NCBI RefSeq assembly: GCF_030013595.1
Contig: NZ_CP122768.1
DNA length: 64,000 nt
Source: Escherichia coli
GTDB lineage: Bacteria; Pseudomonadota; Gammaproteobacteria; Enterobacterales; Enterobacteriaceae
Reading direction: 5' to 3' (one strand)
The position numbers and the translations under genes are program-made. Shown here piece after piece: positions 1 through 11,306 of this stretch. Under the pieces are notes generated by a model that was given only the letters and a program-made list of their open reading frames with translations, did not search any database and was not told the DNA's origin. Numbering within the stretch: position 1 is the stretch's first letter; each line of letters opens with the position of its first letter.

Positions 1-635
1 TGCTGAAAGAATATCTGCCAGCGTCCTACCACGAAGGATCTAAAAATCCGGTAGCGCGTGAACGTGTTCACAGTGCAGCAACTATCGCGGGTATCGCGTT
101 TGCGAACGCCTTCCTGGGTGTATGTCACTCAATGGCGCACAAACTGGGTTCCCAGTTCCATATTCCACACGGTCTGGCAAACGCCCTGCTGATTTGTAAC
201 GTTATTCGCTACAACGCGAACGACAACCCGACCAAGCAGACTGCATTCAGCCAGTATGACCGTCCACAGGCTCGCCGTCGTTATGCTGAAATTGCTGACC
301 ACCTGGGTCTGAGCGCACCGGGCGACCGTACTGCTGCTAAGATCGAGAAACTGCTGGCATGGCTGGAAACGCTGAAAGCTGAACTGGGTATTCCGAAATC
401 TATCCGTGAAGCTGGCGTTCAGGAAGCAGACTTCCTGGCGAATGTGGATAAACTGTCTGAAGATGCATTCGATGACCAGTGCACCGGCGCTAACCCGCGT
501 TACCCACTGATCTCCGAGCTGAAACAGATTCTGCTGGATACCTACTACGGTCGTGATTATGTAGAAGGTGAAACTGCAGCGAAAAAAGAAGCCGCTCCGG
601 CTAAAGCTGAGAAAAAAGCGAAGAAATCCGCTTAA
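1..635 (+). CDS. adhE: Aldehyde-alcohol dehydrogenase AdhE, C-terminal fragment (5' end lies outside window)
   Basis: Frame open from window edge to TAA 633-635; product ends AAKKEAAPAKAEKKAKKSA, recognisable AdhE C-terminus; ORF-track Met at 132 is internal. Confidence 0.85.
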   Translation, partial: LKEYLPASYHEGSKNPVARERVHSAATIAGIAFANAFLGVCHSMAHKLGSQFHIPHGLANALLICNVIRYNANDNPTKQTAFSQYDRPQARRRYAEIADHLGLSAPGDRTAAKIEKLLAWLETLKAELGIPKSIREAGVQEADFLANVDKLSEDAFDDQCTGANPRYPLISELKQILLDTYYGRDYVEGETAAKKEAAPAKAEKKAKKSA

Positions 636-661
636 TCAGTAGCGCTGTCTGGCAACATAAA

Positions 662-688
662 CGGTCCCTTCTGGGGCCGTTTTTTTGT
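662..688 (+). terminator. Rho-independent terminator downstream of adhE
   Basis: GC hairpin cggtccc-ttct-ggggccg followed by T7 run. Confidence 0.5.
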
Positions 689-937
689 TTTACCCAAAGC
701 AACTTTCCCATAAACCGACAGCATTTGCCTTCATCATATTTACGGCGATGTATAACGCCTAAACACAGCGATATTGTACTTTACAGGTCACAAGTCAACG
801 TCGGTGCTTAAGCGCCCTGTGAGGCGTATAGCGGCGTTAAAGAACTGTCGAGAAGGGTATATACACCGGAAGAAGTGAGTAAAACGAACTGACAGGATAA
901 AAGCGCCCTGCTCACCCTGTCAGTAAAGAAATTCTTA

Positions 938-1555
938 TTAATCGTGGCGATGCCTTTCCTGAATAGCCGTTAATGAGCCGACTTCTAACGCCTCTTTATA
1001 GTGTTTACGGCATACAGAAACGTAGCGTTCATTACCACCAATAACCACCTGCTCACCTTCGTTATAAGGTCTGCCTGCTTGATCAAGACGCAGCACCATG
1101 CTTGCTTTACGACCACAAAAACAGATGGTTTTTAATTCAACCAGTTTGTCGGACCATGCCAGTAAGTATTGGCTGCCAATAAATAATTCACCTCGAAAAT
1201 CGGTACGTAAACCATAACAAAGTACGGGTATATCGAGTTGATCGACAACCTCCGATAATTCATATACTTGTTGTCTGGTTAAAAACTGGCATTCATCAAC
1301 CAGTACGCAATGAATTGCCTGCTGTTCATGTTCCGCACGAATCTCATCAAATAATGATGAATTTTGGTTAAATAATTTTGCAGGCGATGACAAACCTATA
1401 CGCGAACTGACTTTCCCGGCACCAAAGCGATCATCAATTTCTGCCGTATATACGACAGTGCGCATGCCGCGTTCCTGGTAATTGTATGAAGATTGCAACA
1501 ATGCTGTAGACTTACCCGCATTCATTGCGGAATAGTAGAAATATAGCTGTGCCAT
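938..1555 (-). CDS. tdk: Thymidine kinase
   Basis: 205 aa ORF; P-loop GKS near N-terminus ([10 protein letters not shown]); length and sequence match Tdk. Confidence 0.93.
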
Positions 1556-2158
1556 CAGCCACAGGCCCTCAATGATATGAATTAAAGTTGGCTGGAGTTT
1601 ATCATAATTCGTCAGTTTTTCAGCTCAACAGTATGCACAGAAGTGGTATATGCGTTCTCCCTTACGAAGCCTTGCATAATCCTTCTGAGCTATCATTACA
1701 ACTGCCTCGCTTGTTATAAGCGGGTAAATGACTGCTGGTAACTATTCACAATCTTTAACCTGTTGCGCAAGTAATAGCCCTCTGTTGACCTCCTGGAGAT
1801 AGTGCAATACTAAGTCCCTGCTCTTATTGCGACTGTTCTACTTTTCATCATTCGCTTAATAGGGAATTCTCGTAAACACGACTAATACAGAAGACTGAAA
1901 GGTCGTCAGCCTACGATAATCTCCCCATAAAATGTGACATGAATCAGGAAGTTTTAACCTCACGTGCTGCGAAATCATCGGCGCAAATAGGGCTATATGC
2001 CGCGTCTTTTCTGGCTAATTTTATGAAAAGATATTTATTGGCGGCACAAAATAAAGAACAATTTTGAATTCCTTACATTCCTGGCTATTGCACAACTGAA
2101 TTTAAGGCTCTATTATTACCTCAACAAACCACCCCAATATAAGTTTGAGATTACTACA

Positions 2159-2572
2159 ATGAGCGAAGCACTTAAAATTCTGAACAACATCCGTACTCTT
2201 CGTGCGCAGGCAAGAGAATGTACACTTGAAACGCTGGAAGAAATGCTGGAAAAATTAGAAGTTGTTGTTAACGAACGTCGCGAAGAAGAAAGCGCGGCTG
2301 CTGCTGAAGTTGAAGAGCGCACTCGTAAACTGCAGCAATATCGCGAAATGCTGATCGCTGACGGTATTGACCCGAACGAACTGCTGAATAGCCTTGCTGC
2401 CGTTAAATCTGGCACCAAAGCTAAACGTGCTCAGCGTCCGGCAAAATATAGCTACGTTGACGAAAACGGCGAAACTAAAACCTGGACTGGCCAGGGCCGT
2501 ACTCCAGCTGTAATCAAAAAAGCAATGGATGAGCAAGGTAAATCCCTCGACGATTTCCTGATCAAGCAATAA
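2159..2572 (+). CDS. hns: Nucleoid-associated protein H-NS
   Basis: 137 aa [23 protein letters not shown]...TWTGQGRTP...; canonical H-NS sequence and length; AT-rich upstream region. Confidence 0.97.
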
Positions 2573-2595
2573 TCTTTTGTAGATTGCACTTGCTT

Positions 2596-2627
2596 AAAAA
2601 TCCCGCCATCGGCGGGATTTTTTATTG
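2596..2627 (+). terminator. Rho-independent terminator of hns
   Basis: aaaaatcccgcc-atc-ggcgggatttttt hairpin plus T-run immediately after hns stop. Confidence 0.7.
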
Positions 2628-2661
2628 TCCGGTTTAAGACAATTTAATAAGAATAAGCTAT

Positions 2662-2695
2662 AAAAAAACGGCGTCGATTGCTCAACGCCGTTTCG
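2662..2695 (-). terminator. Probable terminator of galU
   Basis: Inverted repeat aacggcgt...acgccgtt flanked by A/T runs just downstream of galU stop on minus strand. Confidence 0.55.
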
Positions 2696-2716
2696 TGGAT
2701 AACACCGATACGGATG

Positions 2717-3625
2717 TTACTTCTTAATGCCCATCTCTTCTTCAAGCCAGGCTTTAAATTCCGTGCCAAGGGTGTTATGACGAATACCGTATTCAACGAA
2801 GGCCTGCATGTAACCTAATTTATTACCGCAGTCATGGCTCTTCCCTTTCATATGATAGGCTTCCACCGTTTCTTTTTCGATCAGCATATCAATTGCGTCG
2901 GTGAGCTGAATTTCATCACCAGCTCCCGGAGGGGTTTTTGCCAGCAACGGCCAAATATCCGCGCTAAGTACGTAACGACCCACAATAGCGAGATTAGACG
3001 GCGCAACATCCGCTTTTGGTTTTTCAACCACGCCAACCATCGGTACGCTTTCACCCGGCGCTAATTCAACGCCTTTGCAATCCACAACGCCATATGCGGT
3101 CACATCAGCAACCGGTTCAACCATGATCTGGCTATGACCCGTTTCATCAAAGCGGCGGATCATCTCTGCCAGGTTATCCTGTGACAAATCGGATTCATAT
3201 TCATCCAGAATAACGTCAGGCAAAATAACAGCCACAGGTTCATCACCCACTACCGGGTGAGCACACAATACCGCGTGTCCCAGGCCTTTCGCCAGCCCCT
3301 GACGAACTTGCATAATAGTCACGTGCGGCGGACAAATAGACTGCACTTCATCAAGTAGTTGACGTTTTACACGTTTTTCCAGCATTGCTTCCAGTTCAAA
3401 ACTGGTATCAAAGTGGTTTTCAATCGAGTTTTTAGATGAGTGAGTAACCAGCACAATTTCAGTAATGCCAGCCGCAATACATTCATTCACGACGTATTGA
3501 ATTAATGGCTTATCGACAAGTGGCAGCATCTCTTTCGGGATGGCTTTCGTCGCCGGCAACATCCTGGTTCCTAATCCCGCAACGGGGATAACGGCTTTTT
3601 TGACTTTCGTATTAATGGCAGCCAT
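2717..3625 (-). CDS. galU: UTP--glucose-1-phosphate uridylyltransferase
   Basis: 302 aa ORF; N-terminal nucleotide-binding motif [22 protein letters not shown]; length matches GalU. Confidence 0.96.
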
Positions 3626-3826
3626 TTAAATTCTCCTGGACTGTTCGTGTTTTGAACGTGTTCATATTTCTGTATCGCATCCCAGTATATCAGCACCCCG
3701 AAGGGGCTAAGTTCTGAAAAGGATGCGAGTTAGCATAATTAAGACAATTACTTATACGAATGGCGACGATAGTACCACCAGCCGACATTAGCTGGTAATG
3801 CAAATTTAGCCCGCGTTATCGTTTGC

Positions 3827-4840
3827 TCATTCTGCAGACAACATCAAGCGCAGCCGACCACCGGTTCCCCATATTTGGCATTGCCAGGCATCGCATCGCT
3901 GGCTCAATTGATTCAAATAAGCGTTACCTAAAGTGCCTAACGGAACACCATTACTGATTTGCACCTGGTGTTCGCCGGTATTTAACGTCGCATTCAGCCC
4001 CGCAGAAACCAGAATGAGATTTTTCAGTTCGCGATGATAATAGCCAACTAATAGCGGAAACTGCCCCGGCAGATTGGCCTGACGGAGTAAATGGTTTACC
4101 TGCTTCAATAACGCGCCCAACTCTGGCAACCGTTGATTTTGGTGTGCAAGCTGTTCCTGTAATAATCCGTTAAACAATGCGCGTAATAACAAGGCAGCAA
4201 GTACGCCATTATGTCCAGCTCGGGTGACATCAAGGCAATAAAATGCCAGATCGTTTTCCGAAAGTGCGGCAATATCAAGCACCAGGCCGGGTTTGTCCGC
4301 GGCAACCAATTGACGATAATTAACCCGGCAATGGGAAATCACCTGCTGAACCGGCGGTTGCAATTCCTGTAATAATTTCGCCGCTGCGGCAGGGTTATCA
4401 ACCATTGCATCCCAGTCGCGAAAAAGCCTTTCCTCTTCCTCAACGCGGGAATTAAACATGCTGGGATAGAGACAGGCAAAAACCATCTCGCGCAAGCGAT
4501 TCAGATCTTTAACTGGTTTCAGCAAAACATCTTCAACGCCCAGACGTAACGCTTTGGCAATATCTGCCATATTTTCAGTGGCAGATATCACGAGAACAGG
4601 TGTCTGGTCACCTCTGTTACGTATATGCTCCAGCAGTTTAAGCCCGTTCATTCGTGGCATCGCGATATCACATATCATCAGGTCTGGAGTGAAACCTCCC
4701 AGCAACTCAAGGGCATCCACCCCATCAGCCGCCAGTACCGTTGTCGCTCCCAATGAGGAAAACCACGAATCCAGAAGCGAGCGAAATACCTGCTCATCTT
4801 CAACAATGAGAATCTGTTTTCCGACCAATGGCTGCGTCAT
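3827..4840 (-). CDS. rssB: Response-regulator adaptor for RpoS proteolysis (RssB)
   Basis: 337 aa ORF with N-terminal receiver domain (ILIVEDEQVFR...DLMICDIAMPRMNGL) and PP2C-like C-terminal domain. Confidence 0.94.
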   Translation of the reverse strand: MTQPLVGKQILIVEDEQVFRSLLDSWFSSLGATTVLAADGVDALELLGGFTPDLMICDIAMPRMNGLKLLEHIRNRGDQTPVLVISATENMADIAKALRLGVEDVLLKPVKDLNRLREMVFACLYPSMFNSRVEEEERLFRDWDAMVDNPAAAAKLLQELQPPVQQVISHCRVNYRQLVAADKPGLVLDIAALSENDLAFYCLDVTRAGHNGVLAALLLRALFNGLLQEQLAHQNQRLPELGALLKQVNHLLRQANLPGQFPLLVGYYHRELKNLILVSAGLNATLNTGEHQVQISNGVPLGTLGNAYLNQLSQRCDAWQCQIWGTGGRLRLMLSAE

Positions 4841-4931
4841 GTTCTCTCCCCTGACTGGCTTTACTCAATAGTGGCATGCTATTGCCACCTGCGCCTGTCA
4901 GAATTAACTTAAGTGTAGATAAAAATTCTGG

Positions 4932-5837
4932 TCAAATGTTGGTGCGTACCAACGGCAAAAGTTCGTCCATTTTCTTTTCCACTGCCAGCTGCCCAGCCGC
5001 AATGGCAGCGTGCGCGCGATGGAAATCAAGCGTAGATATTTGCGGGCAAACAGGTTGAATCAGAATATCGGGCGGATCACCTGCCATGCGGTTCCTTTTA
5101 AGGCGGTTCTCCAGCACCTGGATAGAAGTGGTCATAATCTCTGTTGCCGTTGGCGCTGTCACCGCCCGACGTGTCGTTATGCTGCCCAACCTTTCTTTCA
5201 GACGCGCATGCCACGGTAGAGAATCACCATTCTCGCTATTTTCTTCACTGACATTAAAGGAGAGCAGATCTTGTTGCATCAAATGAGCATCGTGCTGCAG
5301 GTCGACCGCTATCACAATATCAGCACCCAATGCACGCGTGAGCGAAATAGGAATTGGGTTAACTACAGCGCCATCAACCAGCCAGTAGCCGTTATGCGCA
5401 ACGGGTGCCATTAGTCCTGGAATACTGCATGATGCACGAATAGCAAGATGGAGATCGCCTTCAGTAAACCATAATTCGCGCCCAGTACTTAAATTGGTGG
5501 CAACAGCCGCGAAGCGACGGGAACAATTTTCGATCTCTGTTTCCGGCATTATTTCGCGATATTGATTGAAGACACGCTCGCCGCGCAGTAACCCACCGCG
5601 CTGCCAGGAGAGATCCATCAGGCGTAAAACATCCCAATAACTGAAAGAGGTCACCCAATCTTCCAGCGCAGACAGTCGATCGCATGCATAGGCAGCGCCC
5701 ACCAGCGAACCAATTGAACATCCTGCAACGATATCAATTTCAATACCCACTTTTTTTAGCGCATTAATAACGCCAATATGCGACCAACCTCTCGCCGCGC
5801 CAGATCCCAGCGCCAGCCCTATTTTTATCTTTCTCAT
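4932..5837 (-). CDS. rssA: Patatin-like phospholipase RssA
   Basis: 301 aa ORF; patatin GxSxG/oxyanion motifs (GLALGSGAARGWSHIGV, AGCSIGS). Confidence 0.92.
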   Translation of the reverse strand: MRKIKIGLALGSGAARGWSHIGVINALKKVGIEIDIVAGCSIGSLVGAAYACDRLSALEDWVTSFSYWDVLRLMDLSWQRGGLLRGERVFNQYREIMPETEIENCSRRFAAVATNLSTGRELWFTEGDLHLAIRASCSIPGLMAPVAHNGYWLVDGAVVNPIPISLTRALGADIVIAVDLQHDAHLMQQDLLSFNVSEENSENGDSLPWHARLKERLGSITTRRAVTAPTATEIMTTSIQVLENRLKRNRMAGDPPDILIQPVCPQISTLDFHRAHAAIAAGQLAVEKKMDELLPLVRTNI

Positions 5838-5949
5838 TATTCCCGCAAGATTCCCCTGGAATGCAATCGTAGCAACATCGCTACTGCTCGGTTAACATAG
5901 TGCTACTCAGGCGGTTAATACGCCGTTATTGTTTCCAGGGAGATTATTT

Positions 5950-6408
5950 GTGTCTCAGCTTTGTCCCTGTGGTAGTGCTGTCGAGTATAGCCTATGTTGC
6001 CACCCTTATGTGTCTGGTGAAAAGGTTGCACCTGATCCAGAACATCTCATGCGTTCGCGTTACTGCGCTTTTGTGATGAAAGACGCAGATTATTTAATAA
6101 AGACCTGGCATCCATCTTGTGGAGCGGCGGCGTTACGTGCCGAATTGATTGCCGGATTTGCGCATACTGAATGGTTGGGATTGACCGTATTTGAACATTG
6201 TTGGCAGGACGTCGACAATATCGGATTTGTCAGTTTTGTTGCGCGATTTACCGAAGGTGGCAAAACAGGTGCAATCATTGAACGTTCGCGATTTTTGAAA
6301 GAAAACGGTCAATGGTACTATATTGACGGTACACGTCCGCAGTTTGGCCGCAACGATCCCTGCCCTTGTGGTTCAGGTAAAAAATTTAAAAAGTGCTGCG
6401 GCCAATAA
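5950..6408 (+). CDS. ychJ: UPF0225 / SEC-C motif protein YchJ
   Basis: Cys-rich SEC-C-like motifs at both ends (CPCGS...[13 protein letters not shown]); GTG start at 5950 gives 152 aa; ORF-track start at 5929 is a 7-codon extension. Confidence 0.85.
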   Translation: MSQLCPCGSAVEYSLCCHPYVSGEKVAPDPEHLMRSRYCAFVMKDADYLIKTWHPSCGAAALRAELIAGFAHTEWLGLTVFEHCWQDVDNIGFVSFVARFTEGGKTGAIIERSRFLKENGQWYYIDGTRPQFGRNDPCPCGSGKKFKKCCGQ

Positions 6409-6457
6409 TGGTTGACGGTACGGTTTAGCAAACACTCTCAACAAGGTTTTTCCAGCA

Positions 6458-7300
6458 ATGCATTCACTCCAACGTAAAGTTCTGCGTACTATTTGTCCGG
6501 ACCAAAAAGGTCTGATCGCACGTATTACCAATATTTGCTACAAGCACGAGTTAAATATCGTACAGAACAATGAATTTGTTGATCACCGTACCGGGCGCTT
6601 TTTTATGCGCACGGAACTGGAAGGAATTTTTAATGATTCCACCCTGCTGGCGGATCTCGACAGCGCATTGCCAGAAGGCTCCGTACGTGAGCTGAATCCT
6701 GCTGGTCGTCGCCGGATAGTGATTCTGGTCACTAAAGAGGCGCATTGCCTTGGCGATTTGTTGATGAAAGCCAATTACGGCGGCCTGGATGTCGAAATCG
6801 CGGCAGTTATTGGTAACCACGATACTTTACGTTCTCTGGTTGAGCGTTTCGATATTCCGTTTGAGCTGGTAAGTCATGAAGGATTAAGCCGCAACGAGCA
6901 CGATCAAAAGATGGCGGATGCCATTGATGCTTATCAGCCTGACTACGTGGTGCTGGCGAAGTATATGCGGGTATTAACGCCAGAATTTGTGGCACGCTTC
7001 CCGAATAAGATCATCAATATTCACCATTCATTCCTGCCAGCGTTTATCGGCGCACGTCCTTATCACCAGGCCTATGAACGTGGCGTGAAGATTATTGGCG
7101 CAACCGCTCACTATGTGAATGACAATCTGGACGAAGGTCCAATCATCATGCAGGACGTTATTCATGTCGATCATACCTACACAGCTGAAGATATGATGCG
7201 CGCAGGTCGTGACGTCGAGAAAAACGTCTTAAGTCGCGCACTCTACAAAGTACTGGCGCAGCGCGTCTTTGTTTACGGTAATCGGACGATTATTCTTTAA
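6458..7300 (+). CDS. purU: Formyltetrahydrofolate deformylase
   Basis: 280 aa ORF; N-terminal ACT-like domain plus formyltransferase core (HHSFLPAF motif). Confidence 0.95.
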   Translation: MHSLQRKVLRTICPDQKGLIARITNICYKHELNIVQNNEFVDHRTGRFFMRTELEGIFNDSTLLADLDSALPEGSVRELNPAGRRRIVILVTKEAHCLGDLLMKANYGGLDVEIAAVIGNHDTLRSLVERFDIPFELVSHEGLSRNEHDQKMADAIDAYQPDYVVLAKYMRVLTPEFVARFPNKIINIHHSFLPAFIGARPYHQAYERGVKIIGATAHYVNDNLDEGPIIMQDVIHVDHTYTAEDMMRAGRDVEKNVLSRALYKVLAQRVFVYGNRTIIL

Positions 7301-7381
7301 TCGCCAGCAAAAATAACTGGTTACCTTTAATCCGTTACGGATGAAAATTACGCAACCAGTTCATTTTTCTCAACGTAACAC

Positions 7382-7409
7382 TTTACAGCGGCGCGTCATT
7401 TGATATGAT
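7382..7409 (+). promoter_or_regulatory. tyrT promoter (-35 TTTACA, 16-bp spacer, -10 TATGAT, GC-rich discriminator GCGCCCCGC)
   Basis: Sequence ctTTTACAgcggcgcgtcatttgaTATGATgcgccccgc matches the classic stringently controlled tyrT promoter, about 50 bp upstream of the first tRNA. Confidence 0.8.
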
Positions 7410-7459
7410 GCGCCCCGCTCCCCGATAAGGGAGCAGGCCAGTAAAAAGCATTACCCCGT

Positions 7460-7544
<85 letters not shown>

Positions 7545-7579
7545 TCTCAAGCATTACCTCAAAATTTGAATTACCCCGT

Positions 7580-7648
<69 letters not shown>

Positions 7649-7664
<16 letters not shown>

Positions 7665-8205
7665 TCACTTTCAAAAGTCCGTGAACTCTCAAACGAATCC
7701 GCGATTAAATATTCTGCCCATGCGGGGAAGGATGAGAAGCTTCGACCAAGGTTCGACTCGAGCGCCAGCGAGAGAGCGTGGCCGCAGGCAACGACCCGAA
7801 GGGCGAAGCGCGCAGCGCTGAGTAATCCTTCCCCCACCACCATCACTTTCAAAAGTCCCTGAACTCTCAAACGAATCCGTAATTAAATATTCTGCCCAAG
7901 CGGGGAAGGATGAGAAGCTTCGACCAAGGTTCGACTCGAGCGCCAGCGAGAGAGCGTTGCCGCAGGCAACGACCCGAAGGGCGAAGCGCGCAGCGCTGAG
8001 TAATCCTTCCCCCACCACCATCACTTTTCAAAAGTCCGTGAACTCTCAAACGAATCCGCAATTAAATATTCTGCCCATGCGGGGAAGGATGAGAAGCTTC
8101 GACCAAGGTGCGACTCGAGCGCCAGCGAGAAAGCGTTGCCGCAGGCAACGACCCGAAGGGTGAAGCGCGCAGCGCTGAGTAATCCTTCCCCCACCACCAT
8201 CACTT
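7649..8205 (+). repeat. Three and a bit tandem copies of a 178-bp repeat at the 3' end of the tyrT-tyrV operon (rtT/tpr region)
   Basis: Unit starts at 7649, 7827, 8005 and partial at 8184, each beginning with the tRNA 3'-end-like ccttcccccaccaccatcac; units differ by a few substitutions. Confidence 0.9.
7732..7821 (+). CDS. tpr: Protamine-like small protein Tpr (29 aa) encoded inside first 178-bp repeat
   Basis: ATG 7732 to TGA 7819-7821 encodes [29 protein letters not shown], Arg-rich; matches my recollection of the 29-aa Tpr; paralogous ORFs in repeats 2 and 3. Confidence 0.35.
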   Translation: MRSFDQGSTRAPARERGRRQRPEGRSAQR

Positions 8206-8286
8206 CCTGTAAATACTCAAAACCTGTTACTCCGAGCTAATTCTACCCAATGGCACCGCGTTTACCGGACCTACAATATCCTCCCC

Positions 8287-8318
8287 TGTAGGTCGGATAA
8301 GCGAAGCGCATCCGACAA
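8287..8318. repeat. REP (repetitive extragenic palindromic) element
   Basis: tgtaggtcggataagcg-aagc-gcatccgacaa imperfect palindrome of the REP type between repeat array and narI. Confidence 0.45.
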
Positions 8319-8339
8319 CTCACCCCGTACCGTGCCCAT

Positions 8340-8364
8340 AAAAAAACCCCGCCGAAGCGGGGTC
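8340..8364 (-). terminator. Rho-independent terminator of narGHJI
   Basis: Minus-strand reading gaccccgcttcggcggggttttttt: GC stem with ttcg loop and T7 run 20 bp after narI stop. Confidence 0.75.
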
Positions 8365-8383
8365 TATGCAAACTAAAATTCGC

Positions 8384-9061
8384 TTAGTGACGAGCGCGCA
8401 CCAGCTGATACTTACGTGTCAGATACTCCACCGGTACGCTCCAGATGTGCACCAGACGTGAGAACGGGAACAGCAAGAATAACGTCATCCCCAGCACCAG
8501 GTGCAGACGGAAGATAAACGCCACACCATCAAGGTGTTGAGAAGCGCCACCGTGGAAGGTCACTACCGACTGCGCCCAGCCAACCAGTTTCATCATCTCG
8601 CTACCGTCCATATGCTGGGCGGAGAACGGAATGGTCAGCAAGCCCAGAGCGCACTGGATAACCAGCAGAGACAGGATCAGGATATCCGCTCCGGTAGTCG
8701 TTGCACGCACGCGTGGGCTGAACAGACGACGTTTCAGCAACAGCACGCCGCCAATCAGACACAGCACGCCGCTGGCACCACCAGCAAACATCGCCATTTT
8801 CTGTTTCACTTCAATCGGCAGCCAGGCTTCATACATCCAGTGCGGCGTCAGCATACCGAAGAAGTGACCAACAAAAATCCCCAGAATACCGATATGGAAC
8901 AGGTTCGACGCCAGGTTCATCCCTTTGCGATCCAGCATCTGGCTGGACGCCGCGCGCCAGGTGTACTGCCCGTAGTCATAACGCAGCCAGCTACCAATCA
9001 GGAAGACCGCCCCGGCTATGTACGGGTAGATATCAAAGAAGAACATATTCAGGAATTGCAT
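8384..9061 (-). CDS. narI: Respiratory nitrate reductase gamma subunit (cytochrome b)
   Basis: 225 aa polytopic membrane ORF, last gene of narGHJI. Confidence 0.96.
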   Translation of the reverse strand: MQFLNMFFFDIYPYIAGAVFLIGSWLRYDYGQYTWRAASSQMLDRKGMNLASNLFHIGILGIFVGHFFGMLTPHWMYEAWLPIEVKQKMAMFAGGASGVLCLIGGVLLLKRRLFSPRVRATTTGADILILSLLVIQCALGLLTIPFSAQHMDGSEMMKLVGWAQSVVTFHGGASQHLDGVAFIFRLHLVLGMTLFLLFPFSRLVHIWSVPVEYLTRKYQLVRARH

Positions 9062-9771
9062 TAGTGCTGTCCTCCGGTGGTGATATTCAGATATTGCGGC
9101 GCGACGGCACCAGCAAAGCGACGCTGATGAGCAGTGATTGCTGAATCACCGCAGCCTTTGTCAGCAAAGAATTTAACCTGCTCTTCTTCCCAGACAGCAT
9201 CCAGCGCCTGCGGCGTATCGTCGCGCGCTTCGTCGGCAATTTTTTCCGCCACTTTGTCGCTGTCGATTGCGGTATTCGCCAGTTTCAGCAGCAGATCAAA
9301 CAGCACGGCATAACGGCTTTCACGCTGTTGCAGACGCGCACTCAGCAATGCCAGAATCGGCGCAATATCTATCAAACCCTCCACGGCTTCGCTTTGCGGC
9401 AGCTGCGCCAGGTACTCCAGATACAGCGGCAGATGGTCGGGCAATTCGCGGCTGTTTAACTGCAAACCGTGCTGCTCATACTGCGCCAGCAGGTCTACCA
9501 TCGCCTGACCGCGGTCGCGGGATTCCCCGTGAACGTGTTCAAACAGCAACAGCGACGTGGCGCGACCACGATCGAACAGTTCGCTGTACTGCGCCTGGGC
9601 ATCGAGCGGATCCATCGTCGTTAAATCGCGCAGGAAAATGCCCAGCGCATGGGCATCTTCTTTCGACAGATTTTTCGACGCAGCAATTGCCTCAAACATC
9701 TCTTGTTGATGCTGCCATAAGGCAGCATCCGGATATTCAAGGAGACGCGATACAATCACGAGTTCGATCAT
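9061..9771 (-). CDS. narJ: Nitrate reductase delta subunit / molybdenum cofactor assembly chaperone
   Basis: 236 aa ORF; start overlaps narH stop and stop overlaps narI start. Confidence 0.96.
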   Translation of the reverse strand: MIELVIVSRLLEYPDAALWQHQQEMFEAIAASKNLSKEDAHALGIFLRDLTTMDPLDAQAQYSELFDRGRATSLLLFEHVHGESRDRGQAMVDLLAQYEQHGLQLNSRELPDHLPLYLEYLAQLPQSEAVEGLIDIAPILALLSARLQQRESRYAVLFDLLLKLANTAIDSDKVAEKIADEARDDTPQALDAVWEEEQVKFFADKGCGDSAITAHQRRFAGAVAPQYLNITTGGQH

Positions 9772-11306
9772 GGGTGCGGCTCCGTTTTGCTGGTTACGTC
9801 GATGGCATCGATACGGCGGCTGTTGAACAGATTGAATTTGGTATCTGAACCGTGGCAGCCATCACCAAAGGTAAAGCCGCAGCCATTTTTCTCCGGGAAG
9901 GCTTCCCGCGCCAGTTCACGATGACTGCTCGGCACCACAAAGCGATCTTCGTAGTTAGCAATCGCCAGATAACGGTACATCTCCTGTGCCTGGGCTTCGG
10001 TCAGACCGACCTCTTCCAGCGCACGGGTATCGCCTTTACCGTCAACGGTTTCAGCACGTTTGTAATGACGCATCGCCAGCATACGTTTCAGCGCGCGCAG
10101 TACTGGTTTGGTATCACCGGCGGTCAGCAGATTCGCCAGATACTGTACCGGAATACGCAGACTTTCGACGTCTGGCAGAATGCCGTTGCTGCCCAGTTCA
10201 CCCGCATCTGCCGCAGACTGAATCGGCGACAGAGGCGGCACGTACCAGACCATCGGCAGTGTGCGATATTCCGGATGCAGCGGCAGCGCCAGTTTCCATT
10301 CCATCGCCATTTTATAAACCGGCGACTGCTGTGCGGCTTCAATAACGCTCAGCGGAATACCGTCTTTAATTGCCTGCTCGATGACTTTCGGATCGTTCGG
10401 ATCGAGGAACACCTCCAGCTGACGCTGGTAGAGATCTTTCTCGTTCTCGGTGCTGGCTGCACGTTCAATGGCGTCCGCATCGTACAGCAGCACGCCGAGA
10501 TAACGGATACGACCGACACAGGTTTCAGAGCACACCGTCGGCTGACCCGCTTCAATACGCGGATAGCAGAAGATGCACTTCTCAGACTTACCGCTCTTCC
10601 AGTTGAAGTAGATTTTTTTGTACGGGCATCCGGTGATGCACATACGCCAGCCACGGCATTTATCCTGGTCGATCAGGACGATGCCATCTTCTTCACGCTT
10701 GTAAATCGCACCGCTCGGGCAGGTCGCCACACATGCCGGGTTCAGGCAGTGTTCGCACAGGCGCGGCAAATACATCATGAAGGTGTTTTCGAACTGGCTA
10801 TACATCGCCTTCTGGATGTTGTCGAAGTTCTTGTCTTTCGCCAGCTTGTCAAACTCACCGCCCAGGTCATCTTCCCAGTTCGGCCCTTTTTCGATTTTCG
10901 CCATACGTTCGCCGGTAATCAGCGAACGCGGACGGGCAATCGGCTGCGATTTGCTGCCTTCCGGCGCGGTATGCAGGTTCTGATAATCAAAATCGAACGG
11001 CTCGTAATAATCGTCGATACCCGGCAGATGCGGGTTAGCAAAGATTTTACCCAGCAGCATGGCGCGGTTACCCATGCGCGGCTGCAGTTTGCCGTTGATT
11101 TTACGGATCCAGCCGCCTTTGTATTTTTCCTGGTTTTCCCAGTCAGTCGGGAAGCCCTGGCCCGGCTTGGTTTCCACGTTGTTGAACCACGCGTATTCCA
11201 CGCCTTCGCGGCTGGTCCAGACGTTTTTACAGGTAACTGAACAGGTGTGGCAGCCGATGCACTTATCGAGATTCAGCACCATGCCGACTTGTGAACGAAT
11301 TTTCAT
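9768..11306 (-). CDS. narH: Respiratory nitrate reductase beta subunit (Fe-S)
   Basis: 512 aa ORF with multiple ferredoxin-type Cys clusters (CIGCHTCSVTC, CEHCLNPACVATCP, CRGWRMCITGCPYKK). Confidence 0.97.
   Translation of the reverse strand: MKIRSQVGMVLNLDKCIGCHTCSVTCKNVWTSREGVEYAWFNNVETKPGQGFPTDWENQEKYKGGWIRKINGKLQPRMGNRAMLLGKIFANPHLPGIDDYYEPFDFDYQNLHTAPEGSKSQPIARPRSLITGERMAKIEKGPNWEDDLGGEFDKLAKDKNFDNIQKAMYSQFENTFMMYLPRLCEHCLNPACVATCPSGAIYKREEDGIVLIDQDKCRGWRMCITGCPYKKIYFNWKSGKSEKCIFCYPRIEAGQPTVCSETCVGRIRYLGVLLYDADAIERAASTENEKDLYQRQLEVFLDPNDPKVIEQAIKDGIPLSVIEAAQQSPVYKMAMEWKLALPLHPEYRTLPMVWYVPPLSPIQSAADAGELGSNGILPDVESLRIPVQYLANLLTAGDTKPVLRALKRMLAMRHYKRAETVDGKGDTRALEEVGLTEAQAQEMYRYLAIANYEDRFVVPSSHRELAREAFPEKNGCGFTFGDGCHGSDTKFNLFNSRRIDAIDVTSKTEPHP

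Noticed and set aside
2116-2569. Two minus-strand ORFs (100 and 104 aa) antisense to hns
   Set aside because: Inside the hns coding region; hns identity is certain and these have Ser/Arg-rich nonsense-like composition.
8021-8203. 60-aa minus-strand ORF inside the 178-bp repeat array (family of similar ORFs at 7396-8061)
   Set aside because: Repeated because the DNA is repeated; no SD; a ychS-like hypothetical has been annotated hereabouts in K-12 but sequence gives no independent support.
9852-11240. 462-aa plus-strand ORF antisense to narH
   Set aside because: Lies entirely within the well-supported narH coding region on the opposite strand; Arg/Phe/His-rich composition typical of antisense frames in GC-rich genes; no start context.
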